A stretch of 64,000 nucleotides of DNA from Takakia lepidozioides. Taxonomy: Eukaryota; Plantae; Bryophyta. The DNA is taken from assembly GCA_030704615.1 (NCBI GenBank), contig CM060731.1, positions 77,128,001 through 77,192,000 on the forward strand. Reading direction: 5' to 3'. A model generated the notes under the pieces. The model was given only the letters and a program-made list of their open reading frames with translations. It was not told the origin of the DNA and ran no database searches. A program made the translations under genes and the position numbers. Below, in pieces: positions 46,601-58,800 of the stretch. The stretch's first letter is position 1, and each line of letters starts with the position of its first letter.

Positions 46601-49600
46601 GATAATTTGAATTGCAGACACTTTCTTCAGTCTGGGGTTCATAATCAAAGCGAGTGAATGTACGAGGATGGGCGAAAGGGTAGTTGTCAAAGTCTACCAG
46701 TTTTCAGTGAGGGTGATCATAACCCCTCCAGGTAATTCATTGGGAAGTCAATGAATGATGGAACCAATCAGGTCAGGATTGGATACAAGAGGAAAGAACC
46801 CCCTATGGTTGAAAGGGCATTTCAGAGATCAGCCCTAACGCCGGAGCAAAAGAGAAGGCCAAACTCGAGGGTCTCTGTCTTGGTGCTTAGGACAGCACCA
46901 ATGGAAGGATTGCCCACAGAATTACAAGAGGGTAGCTACCATGCAAGTCAATGAGGTTTCAGTAAGCCAGTCTTTTGAGGTGAGTCCTGAAGTTGTTAAT
47001 ACCAAGCTGGTGACGTATGATTTGGTGTCAGAAAACGCTTGGCATGCTCAGAAGAAGTCTGTCATCGACTTCAACATCCATGTGTACCAGTTTCAGGATG
47101 ATGGTAGGACCATTCTCATCTGAGGAGAGAGAGATTTGCCGGATACGCCATCAATCGCCAATGATAGGCTTTTTCTAAGCATGCCACCATATCATACCTC
47201 GTTAGCTTGGTTGGTAAGTTACAGTATGTCTTGATACTTATCGGCATAAGTTTGAACACTGAATGTACACAGTCTTAAGGACCTCCAAGCTTGGATGTTC
47301 CGACCCTTCCTTATCTGGTGGTACAAAACTAGAACACAGAACAACTGGCTCGAGTCTGCTAATGAAAGCTTGACCAACACATCTCAACCTTACTTCCTGT
47401 CTCCCTTCCCAACTACCCCCTCAGCCCTGACTTCTCAGGCCAAAGCTGCAGCTTACAGGTTCACACCGTTTTCACCAATGAAGCTTGAAAAATGCCAGTC
47501 ATAGAAGCAAGGCTATTGATTGCAACTGATCTTCTCATATCCCTCTCACGTAAACACAAGGGAAGTTGAAGAGAAGAGCGGACCAGGAGCTCCAATGTAA
47601 AAAGCCCCAGCAGATGTTGGAGGATCTGCCTCTGCTCCTCCTGCATTTCTTCCACCCACACCCACTTGTCAAGTTACTGCCAACGGTGTTTCAATATCTT
47701 GTTCACCTTCCTCTTGTGCTAAGAAAACAGAGCCCACCTTCTCCTCCTTCTAGCCTGATCTTTATACCACACTGTCAAATTTGAGGGGGCAAAATTGATG
47801 GTGTGGACAATTGACATCTTCTAATTGATAGCCAAGTAGTTACTGGGTTTTGGAGGTTATGTAGTCTGGCCCCTTCAGCCAAAAGGACGGGCCTGGACTG
47901 CAAAAATCTGTCACGTCATAGGGGAAAGAACAGGAAAGAAAGATACCTTATGTTGTACTTGGCCAGTTGAAAGTGCCTAACTTCAGAGAGACACTACCCC
48001 CAGAGGACAAATCAAGTTATTTATTCAAGTTTGAGGGCACCTACTTGCAATGATTGGCAAGTATCCCTGACCGCTCTTGCAACCTGGATGATCTCTGTGC
48101 AGACCTCTTCGTAGGAAACAGTTTTGCTAACTAATCTGCTCCCCAAAGATGGCAAGCTCTCCAGACTTGGCCCCCCTGCCTCATCCACCTCCATGAAGTC
48201 TTCCCCCACTTTCATAGCCAGCCGAATCACAGCAAGCAGCCCAGGGTTTGCCTCCTTAAAGAACCAAGCTTGCCGCCTCTGAAGCCGTGGAAAAACTGCC
48301 ATGTTCTCAATCAAGAACATGATCACTAAAGTCTCCCAATGGAAGACATTCAACTTTCTATGTCTAGTGCCAAAATCATCCACTGGTCCACCCACGGTAC
48401 TTATTTTTCTGCCATGCTTAATGAAAACAACCTCAAAGGGGTTCGAAAAGCATCTCCTGGATAATCAATTAAGTCACTCTGAACACTAACCTTATTTTCT
48501 CTTGTATAACTGAAATGGTTCAACTTCAGGGAGTACGAGTTACCCTCAATGCCACAAAGGTTGATAACCACTCACCAACTGACAGGCCTCGTATAAGAGG
48601 AACACAAAATGCCAAGGTTTGGACGCTCGAAAATTTGTTAAGGGCCTGCAATAACTCGGGAACCAACCTGAATGTAAGCCTGGGATTCACAATTAAAGCA
48701 AGAAATCATCACAGGGACAATGATGTGGAAGGATACAAATATTCAAACTGTATGCTTGAATCTCTACAACAGCCCTTCCTCAATTGAGTCCTTCTGCATC
48801 CTGCTTTCAAAAGCTTCAACCATAACCATGCCTGCCACACAGCTCTGTTCTCCTCTAACACATGAACCCTAAAAAATGCTTCCTTAGTTTGAAATAGGGT
48901 GTCAAATGGAAGAGCCTCCTCAGGGCAAATGAACCATGCACCAGGGGACAGAAGGCCCAACCATATGTGTGATAAACAACTGTGTAAGATGGGAGGAGCT
49001 AAAGACCCACTTCCATGAATCCTGTAAACACTTCGCGAGGATCGCAAGTCTCTGCCACAGCCCTCATTATGCTATCGGAGCAATCCCGACATGGTTCCGA
49101 CAGGCTGACATATTTGACCACCACTGATGGTAGCTCCCACCCCACGCGCTCCAACAGCACCTGTCACGTTGTCTAACGGTGTGCTCAATTGCAGGAAACC
49201 TTGAGGCTACCCTCTCCGTGAATGCATTTTTACTAAACCCCTTTCCCTTCTAAGGGCCAAAACATGTCTGTGTGTCTCTCTCCCCCTCTAGGTGAGCCCC
49301 GCTACTAGAGCAAGCCTTGAGTGGCGATTGTGGCCACCTTGCTGCTGCCATCCTCACGCTTCTGTTCTACCGGCATGGTATCTATGGCATCAAGGCTACT
49401 GCCAGCAACTTGTAGAGAAAACCACTCTCTCTCTCTCCCCGAAACATCAAATAATGATGACAACAGCCCTGGTGAAATCAAAAGAATGGTTTCAGTAGAC
49501 TTCGTTCTTGAGACTTGCAATTCAAGAACCTTAAGTTGTAATCATGTACCAGACCAGAAGCAGTGGACGGATCCAGCAACGCCATGGCTAGCTGCAGTAG

Positions 49601-49702
49601 CTCCTGACATGCTAGCCGATTTCCCTCTCCTGTTCCTTCCAGCCCCGCATCGTCCAATGCAGCCTCCAGGATCTCCACAAACTCATGGGCGGCTTCTGTC
49701 AC
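40604..49702 (-). CDS. ALF4: Aberrant lateral root formation 4 (glomulin family), multi-exon; first exon unresolved (possibly near 50.15-50.24 kb)
   Basis: Exons encode VLLERVGWELPSVVVKY...CDPREVF, VFPRLQRRQAWFFKEA, LLGLFTLELL, ALQEVIVHAPNPILR, LNCVKDEV, VLRPAGGEPPQLP, ALNLYRFLLIRE, GKSNYTGVLSK...WLLPLRELV, LHRCLELVEEAL. Confidence 0.88.
41278..42090 (-). mobile_element. Tandem stack of four LINE 3' ends (families A and B) in an ALF4 intron
   Basis: Repeated gggtcaatggc...aaggc...gagtacatt tails; 41500-41797 encodes the same C-terminus as 58688-59539 (ANHTQQIDACVKGFLEDIWKTR). Confidence 0.85.
44560..45120 (+). mobile_element. Tandem stack of about five LINE 3' ends (families A and B) separated by (CT)n
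   Basis: Tails at ~44566, 44830, 44895, 44945, 45045, each ending in a gagtac-like motif followed by pyrimidine/(CT)n runs. Confidence 0.85.
45651..47320 (+). mobile_element. Decayed LTR retrotransposon (Ty3/Gypsy-like): 5' LTR 45651-46052, PBS, rearranged gag
   Basis: LTR bounded by tgtcac...gtgaca, followed by tttgacatcacagc (degenerate tRNA-iMet PBS); gag zinc knuckle LTPEQK..AKLEGLCL(fs)CLGQHQWKDCP at ~46830-46915. Confidence 0.7.
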
Positions 49703-52029
49703 CTGCTCGCCTTCTTTACTCTGTCAAATCCAAACACAACAATGAACACCGACATCTTCAGTGCATAAATCTCACAAGTCGCCGAGTAATTTCTCTCAGA
49801 TTCCTTGCACTGGTCAGCAAATTCCTTGTCACAAATCAGCGAGAGACAGACATACAGACACACAGTACCCAAAAAAACATGCATAGCAGCATGGATCGTT
49901 AGCTCTGAACAAAACAAACCACATCTAACAATTACGTTACGGTCTAGAGCTGAAAACCCACTTCGCAAGATTCCCCACAATGCCACTGCACCAACTAATA
50001 GAAACGAACCTGGCCGCAACGAAGGGCGGCATCCTGCAAACGTTGCGGGAGAGAGACCGCCATCACTGCCCTCACTCCTGGGCCTCACCCCATCACCTTC
50101 AGCTGGCAAGTCTTCAACAAACAAATCTAACTACAACATTCTTGAAGAATACCTCGAAGGTATCATCTGACACATCCTGCAACACACTCTACAATAAATT
50201 CTTTCTCACTCCGCCATCTTTCAAATCCCGGAGTTGTCATCCTTCGCAAATCGGTAGGATCCTCCTCCTGATTGTTCCGTTGTGCAGATTTGCCACCTGA
50301 TCCCACAATGAAAATGGAATAGAATCGGTATTTACTATTGCAGTAGAACTTGTTAACTCTCACTTTCGGTTAATATTTTCTCGGGCCATTCCACCATTCT
50401 TTTCAACAGAGACTAAACTTGATAGAATCCGAGACCTATAAGAGGTGTTGACGTTCCTGGGCTTCGAGCAACTGATGCTTGGACAAGGTCACTGTACTGT
50501 GGTACGGAAGCTTTGTTCATTCTTCATTTGAAGTGAAAAAGTGGCTAGTCTGATTGTCTCTTTTCCTTTTGCAATCACCTCAGACTAGCCACATGCTACT
50601 AACGCACACAGGAAGACTATGTTGATCTCAAATATGTAGATTACGGTCAAACATAGTAAGTTTACAATTAGGAATCTCATGGGCTGCAACAAGACCTTGA
50701 ATCCTCATCCGGCCCATTATCTAGCCGTTTCTTTTAGGAGTATAAAACTTTGTGCGGCCCACGAGGGCATGATTATAAATAGAGTAGTGAAGGATCTCCT
50801 ACTATGCAGGAGCCACAGCTATGCGTAATATCAAATTTAGAATGTCCTACAAATGTTGGGGGACTCACACATTTGCTGGTGCTGTGATTGGGGCCAACGG
50901 AAACCAGTTGCAGTGAGAGAGAAGACTCCGGCCAAAGCCGGCCTAACTAAGAGCCACTTCGCCTTACGGCTACTACTCCCCTTTGGGGGGTGGGCCCTAT
51001 AAACCAGTTGCAGTGCTCATACTGTTGCTTGTTGTCCTTGTCATCTTGGACAAAATTCTTTGTTAAAACTTTACATAGACAGAGCACTGGGTTATTGTTC
51101 TCCCCTCCAACCTCGGATGTGCAAGCATTATGAAGAGCTTACCATCTTCCACAAACAAGTGGTGTAATAGATTCATCCGGGCCTGTCCCCTGTTCTTTAA
51201 ACCTAGGACCTCTGATTGCAGTTCCAGTTGTTGAACCGTGCGTTATGTCAGTAACACTGAGAGACGCTAGAGTGAAATTAGTGCAGTTTATGGTAAAATT
51301 CAAGTGTACCCATTGTGCAATTTCTGTGAAACTGAACTCGAGACCTGAGCTGTGGAAATATGAAGCTCATGAGGTTGAGACAGGAAAAAAGGTTTGTGGG
51401 ACAGACAATCTCTTCACCAATCAGGGCAGGAACAAAGAAGAGACAAGGAGGACTCCCAAATGTATGTCTTCTTCCCTTTTCTTGAAAACTTCTTTCAAGG
51501 CAGAGGACCCTTCTCTCAATTTTACAGTATGTAGTATGAGGGAAATGACCCTTGATAAGGCCTTGCACAACTGATTCTATCAGAATACTACTCTGAATCT
51601 AAGTATACCAGAAATTGTCTGGTGTTCCAGCTTACCTTGATGCAATCAACTCCTGCGGCAACATTGATAAGGTTCTAATTCAACCTCTCGCAAAACAACA
51701 ATACCATAAGAATAGAAATCATTGAAACTATCACTTGAGATCACCAATTCAATAACTAAAGAGGATTGTGCAACATTAAAAACAGAGACAAAATCCTAGA
51801 TCACCTGTCTACACACTACATTTGGAGAAAAGCCCTCCGGACTCTCGTTTCTCTGGAGGCACTCAAGAAGGGATCTCCAAGACAATATGTAACTACCCAT
51901 ATATACAGAGAGAATGGACACAGAGGGTGGAATATGAAGTCTCCAACACATATTGGGGCGCACCCCTCTTCAGTGAGGCCTATATTTGCTCAAGTAACAA
52001 GTGGTGTAGGATGTGCAACAACGATGAAA

Positions 52030-52392
52030 TCTTCATGCAAACTTCACTCGCTCATTCTTCTGGATGGTCTTGGAGGGTGGTGCTGAGCAAACACTAGGCT
52101 TGGAGCCCTGGTATGCCTTGCACGTCTTCATAATCCTGTCAACCGACAGTATCTGAAGGCTGAAACAATGATATCCTTCATAGAGCTTGCATTGCTATCA
52201 AAATGACAAGGACCACTTCCACTTCGATACTAAGTCAACTTCATTGATGTCTATCAGCATTCAGTGACCACAAGATGACAAAGCAGATAAGAACATACAC
52301 AATACTGTATATGGTTCACCGTTCACGAGCACCCATGGTACATATGTGTGTGGCGGGTCCAGACGGTGTGTGTCTGCGGCGAATTCCCGTTC
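52030..52392 (-). pseudogene. GILT (gamma-interferon-inducible lysosomal thiol reductase) C-terminal fragment
   Basis: LEREFAADTHRLDPPHTYVPWVLVNG, then after an intron DYE(frameshift)CKAYQGSKPSVC; N-terminal CxxC exons not found. Confidence 0.7.
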
Positions 52393-53657
52393 CAGCTGCC
52401 ATCAAACAACATCATCAGTTTCTGGCATTAACCTTGCTCTTCTGGTTGCCAGCTCCACCATGCCTCCAAATTAACTTAGTGCTTGTTCATGCTGTATTTC
52501 TCCAGGGACATTATCAAGTTTCTTTCTTTCTCCCACTCTTCCTCTCTCCTATCTCACCTTCCCTCTGGGAACCCTATCGCCTTTGGGTGGACTTGATATG
52601 GGAGTACATAAATGTCTCTGTGGCTAAATGCCGGCCTTGTGACATTGTGTCTTTGTTTGTTTTGACCTGAAGCACTCCACTTCGGGTAAGCAAGTGCATT
52701 GTATTTAGTTGGAGAGTTTGGGGCCTCTCCCTCTTCAGAATGTCAAGGGCCATTCCCTGCAGCTCCTTTGGAGTGTGATCTCTGAATGGTACTACTTGGG
52801 GCAGCCCTTCCGCCCAAAATGGGCAGTTGTATGCTGTCTATCATGCTCGGCATGTGGGCTAGGGTTGGTCCTTGTGCTTAAACTTATAGCCTGCCAGCTT
52901 GATTGAGCTTTGCACTTGCTGGCATGCACAGGCTTAACTGTGGAGTGCTGGGTGAAGTAAGTATTGATACTTGATAGCAACTCAGGATAGACAAGAGATA
53001 TTGATGCACTATTCGTGGCCAAAGCCTGCGCAAGCTTTGTGGCCCTCTGCCGGGTTGGGAAGAACACTCAATCGAGCTTGGATGTCATTTTCTACGAGAG
53101 AAGGTACCTGCTGCCAACAACCACTACCCATAATAACAAATTCATACTGAGACTTCCAGAGTGCTCACCACTATGTTGCACAAAGCCTACAACCACCATT
53201 TGTGGGTACCAAATGATAAAAAATAAGGTCAGGCAAATTCAACCCATTGAAAGTCACTTGCACAGTACATCTAGAGCCTCTCTAGGATCACTGGACTTAA
53301 AAGGTATGCTTGCCGCTCTAAAGAGTCAATAAAATGCACAAAAGCCTTCCAGAGTTACATGTTGGTTTCCTACTCAGGGCCTCATATTGGACTACATGCA
53401 CAACACAAGCCTGGAGACAATATAGCTCGAGGGGATATCAGGTAACAAACCTTTTAAAGGCTCACCTAAGCTTCACCTCATACGGACTAGTGCATGCAAA
53501 TGCTCTCTGCACAGCTACACCTCAGTCACTCCCAGAAGTCTCTTTGGACACCATCAGCATTAGAAACATTCATTGCTCTCTACCTTCGGACTGTCAAGCG
53601 ATAGTTCTGAGGAAAACCCAAATAGCTAACAGTGCCACCCCTCCACCTCGCCACTGT

Positions 53658-54893
53658 TTACTGGGCTGGTGCAAAGGCCACAGTTGGGTGACTCTTCCCA
53701 ATACCACCGAAGCTCTTGAAGTGGATCTTGTCTGTGGGAGGATCATCCACAGAAATATCTCCAATGGGCGCCCATACGAAAAGTTCCTTAGACTTCACAC
53801 CTGTTAGGTTCCTGATCCTGTTGGGTTGTAGATAGCCCTTCACATCTTCAGCATAGCTCACTAGCTTTCCTGAGCCAATTGGGAACTTGTGGATAATTGG
53901 AGCCTTTTGCCTCACATGGAAAAGGCCCGTGTCTACATCAAACGTCACCTCTTCAATGTTCTCCATTGGTAAGAGCCCACCTGCCATACTTTCCAGCACA
54001 AATCAATTCACACTCTAAATAATACCAAGACATCCTGTACTAGCAGAAGCAAAAATGCAGGATTGCAACACACACTATCCAAGCAAACCCCCTACTCCAA
54101 TTGCCAGCGGCCCATCTTAAACCCATCTTCCAAGCTTTTCAAATTATTATACTGAGCAGGCGCAATCCTCTCATATGATACCACCCAATATCCACATTTA
54201 TACTGATACCTGAAGAGTATTTTAGCTTCCACGAATTCCTCTCTGCAAGGATAGAGAAGGCATTTTCACCAAGACTCACTCAGCAGACGGTATTTACAAG
54301 TCTACGCTCTCCCAAGGTCATGGCATACTTTTGGCATGGACACTTCAAAGGAGAACAAAGGCGCTGATCAGATCACTTTCAACTAAGAAGCATCTCCATC
54401 GCTACCTCCTCATGCTACTGATATAGATTTCCCTGTTCGTTCTCAAAGGGGGTTGACTCATTCTTAGAGATCCAACGGAAGTAAGATCTCCTCTCCATAT
54501 TCAGGCCCCTCCACATTCATAGTCCAATAAACTTTCGAGCCACTGTCCTGAAGAGAATATGAACAGTATCTATCTGGCCTGTAAGGTGATATACCGCCTC
54601 TCAGCTGTCTTGCCAAATCTCTCTCTCTCTCTCTCTGTGTCTCTCCCTCTCCTCCCGCCGCAGCCGCCAGTCTATTCTGAAATAGTGGAGGGCTACTCTA
54701 AGAACTTATTCCCTTCATCTGCAGAAGCATGAAAATCTATGAAGGATCAACCACATTTCCAGCCACATGCTTAACATGAGAATAGCAGAACAGACGCACC
54801 AGGTAAATTGAATTTCTCGATGAGCTCCTTCGCCCTCCTGAAACACTGATCGTGGCCCGTGACTACCACTACTCCCTTCTCAGAGACCGCCAT
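53658..54893 (-). CDS. DUF538 family protein, 2 exons (54893-54800, 53980-53658)
   Basis: ELIEKFNLPG|GLLP...VSYAEDVKGYL...LTGVKSKELFVW...IHFKS..GIGKS.P..AF. Confidence 0.92.
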
Positions 54894-55874
54894 ATCTGCC
54901 AAGCTCAACTTGCAAGAGCAACAGCGCACTCTCACACTCCACTCAGACACACACACACGCACGCACAGCGGTGGAGAGCAGCGAGGGCAGGTAGAGTAAT
55001 AACTTCGTTTCTGCTGCGCTCTTAATTGCCCACAAACTATTTTCTAGTTGGCCGCATGTGAGTAGATCAATGTGATGTGGTGGGACGTGGTACTAGCTTT
55101 CTTTAAATGGCCCTACCCCTTTTCTATTCACACAGCCTTGTGTGAAGTGCCTTACTTACTTATAGTATATAAACGGTGAGACTGGCATGAGAGGAAGAAG
55201 ACCCACATTCCGAAATGGTATTGGACGTCCATCATTGTTGTGTGCCTTAGTGTTTGGTGAACCACCCACATCTGATTGTTCTTTTTCTTTTTCTTTTTTT
55301 CCCCGGGGCTCAGTACGGTTCTGCATGCACTTTCAACATAATGTTGCTAACTGAAACTTGTCATCAGTGGTACTTAGCTGAGAGTTGTCACAGCTGCTAT
55401 TATTGTACTATTGACTTGTCAACACTACAGTAGCCTGAGAAGCTGTCGAGTTTTTGAGGTGGATTTGATACCATTAGCAGATGGTGAAGTCTACATGAGA
55501 CGGCATGATTCAATTGGTACTTCACCACCTCTGCATGTTCGGCAACTCAGAATGAAATGGGTTAGTCTAATTCTCAGAGTTTGAGTCTTGGTTGACCAGC
55601 AATTTTTTGTGTGTGTAGGGGAATGTGGGTTGCCAACCATGCAATTGTATTTTTCACAGATAAGGGACCGCTGTTGAAGAGTTTGCATTTGGATTTGTGT
55701 GGAGGAGAAGGGATGATTCTGATTAGAGAACATGGATTCTATGCGCATCAATTTGTCTGCTATCAAAATCACTCCTAAATTTCAGTGTCTACTTTGAATG
55801 CTGCACAGATTTCTTCCCAGTTGTCCTCGTCCTCGACCATCTGCTCAGCCACCACACCCTCCACCGTCGCAAGA

Positions 55875-58800
55875 ATGTCACTGTCTGTGCATTCGTATCG
55901 TGCATGCTTGCATCTGACCGTGAATCAGTCCATATATTCTTCACCAACGTCAGTCACCCACGAAGCAGCGCCCTCACACCGAGATCAACCCAAGATTTAT
56001 TCCCATGTCCCAAGCGTGCCTTCTGGCAGGCACAGCCATGCCTCCAGGACATTCCCGAGGTTGAGTTTTCCTTCAGTACAAGAACCTTTTCGTTTACGAA
56101 GAGGGAATGGGAGCTCCATCCCGCCTCGCGCGCAATCAGAAGAAAAGGCAATGGAAGAGAGAGATGCAGAGGCGAACTGGAGAGAGAGGGAAGCTGCGGC
56201 GATAGTTACAGCTGCAATTCTAGCGCCAGATTCTCCAGCTGACGCGGCCGAAGCGGCCATAGCCGCGGCAGATGCAGCAGTAGGTTCGCACCTTCCCTTT
56301 CCTTTCCTCAAACAATTCTTACAATCCCATCCAAGCGAGCTGTATTTCGTTAGGCTGCATTTACTCGTTGCAATCTGCCAAAGCATGTGAGAGTGCGATG
56401 GATCGCCGGCTCAGCTGGTTCGCCCCCTTATGCTTGTCCTGAGTTTGCAAAACAAATTGTTGTAAGAGTGTCATACCTCTTACCAGTAGATTGTACGTAG
56501 ATACATTTGAATCCTCTTCCTGTAGAGTCATAGAAAGTGATTCACTCCAAATATGCACCTCAGATTCCAAAATTCAAGTGCTTGATATCCTCTTCAATGT
56601 TCTCTACAAGCCCCCAGAAGCCCACATCCAAACAACTAACAAGCATATGAACTAAGGGAGGAAAATTGGGAGTGATGCCTTAGTTGTGTGGGGGAAAACT
56701 CAAGAAGCACCTGGACAAAGCACCAGATTTTAGGCCTCCAGAAGAGGGTGTGCCATCAGTAACCACGTCATCGCAAAGTGCCTTGCTGCCCTGCTGATAT
56801 GAAGTCCTTCGAGTTTCACAGGAGGGAGAGGAGGGGCGCCCAGTTAGAGAGTCTTCCATAAGTGAGGAGCTGGAGGCTATATACGCAACCTGTCAAGAGT
56901 GGATATGGAAAGGACATTCGATCAATTATGCAGTCCAAGGCAGCGGGCCTCCGGTACTCCTTGTCCATGGCTTTGGTGCATCCATTGGTCACTGGCGAAG
57001 GTGCTTCCTCCGATTGACCATCCAAGATGCCTAGCTTCAGATTGTAGCACCGTTAAAGTGGCCCGCAAATAAGATTGTTATTGTGATTCTGCAGCTTGTT
57101 TTGAATGTTTTGTACTTCTATGAGCTCGGTTGATTTTTCTTTCCTTTCCTATTTGCTACTGCAAAAGCTTGTGAGTTCTACACCAATAGCTATCTGCACT
57201 TCACAGAATTTGCGGAAACATTGGGTCTAGTGCATTTGGCATTTGAGATGCCCTGTGGCGTTTCTGACCGCAACTAGATCTTCTGTGCAGAAATATAGGA
57301 GTTCTAGCCAAGAGCAACACAGTGTATGCCATCGATCTGCTTGGCTTGGGTGCCTCCTCCAAGCCTCCTAAATTTGTATACACCATGGAGACATGGGCTG
57401 AGGCAAGGTCCACACTCTTTTGCTGCTTTCCTCTTCCCCTTTTTCTATCTGAATCTGCGAAGTCATCCGCAAACATTAGACCTGGTATGGTGGCATCACC
57501 ATACCAGGTCACCATTCGCCAGCCTAGGGGATAGGCCATCCAATCTTCAGGAGTTGATTGATTGTGTGCAGAGGTACTTTGACCTGTGGAGGCTAGAAAC
57601 CGATGTTAGTAAATGCGTGGGTGGCCTTCAATGATCGTGGTGGGGAGGGCGGGGGGGAGAGATGATGGGATCTCAAATAGACATGGGGCCGTGATGAGAT
57701 CCTTCCTTCACATCCTTGGTGTTGAGTTTTGCGACCGGGATGAGCACATACAAAAATAAGTTTAAACAGCTAATTGTGAAGCTTTGGGTCTCACTCAGAT
57801 TTTTCACTGCAGCCGGATTAATACTGAAGGTTAGAGGACCATCCTTTGCAACATTGTTAGGCCTTCCTTGGAGTACGCATCTGCTGCATGGGATGGCAAA
57901 ACCATGCTAAAACTTTGGAATCCATTCATCTTTCGGTGCTCAAAGAGCATGTTAGTGTGCTGTAGAACAGCTAACGTGACTGTTTAGGGCGAGTTTGCCA
58001 CACCCCCTTGAGCTCTCGAAGTGATGAGTTCAAGGTCAAGATGGCAGGGTCAGTTGAATCACATGCCTAATACCAGATACCCTAAGATGATTGACTCCAT
58101 CTCTTGGGAAGCAAGACCGTCCTGTTAAACAAGCTTATTCCTGGCAGAAAAGGGTAGAGGAGATTTTCAAGTACCTGATTATTAGGCAGGATGAATGACC
58201 CTGCTAGATGAAGCGGACTTGGAGGCTGTCTAAGGCCATGTGGGAAGCACAAAGAATGTCTGAATTAAACAAAGTTAGGCTTAAAACTTCCTCCTTCCCT
58301 TGTTGTGACATGGGTGGGGACCTTTAAGGATGATATGAAGGGCCACCTACCCTTGGCATTAGGCTGAAATTTGAACTCAGGGCAGGGGGTCTACCTTTGA
58401 ACAAAGAACAGATGCAGAGAAGAAAGCGAGATTGTCATTGTCTGATGTGCGGGCGGCCTGAAGACAACATCCATTTTGTGATACAACGTCCATTCTCTTC
58501 AGAGAGCAAACCTCTTCAGGACCATCAAGAACATAAGGCTCGAGGATGAGCCTAAAGCCCTGGCCGTTTTGGGGTCTAAGCAGATTGATGGTTGTGGGAA
58601 GGGCTTCCTAGAGAAAATCTGGAAAGCCTGAACTAATTGTTTATATGAAGGAAGTCCCACTACTGGAGTGAGCCCATCACAGAGTTCGTGTCTGTTCCCT
58701 CTTGCATTCCGTCCTTAAGCTCCCGACGAGATGAATTCAAGGTCAGATGGTGGGGTCAGCTGCAACATATGCCCAACACCAGATATCCTAAATTAATCGA

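Noticed and set aside
51200-51990. Possible further pseudogene
   Set aside because: Semi-open frames but no family motif I could recognise.
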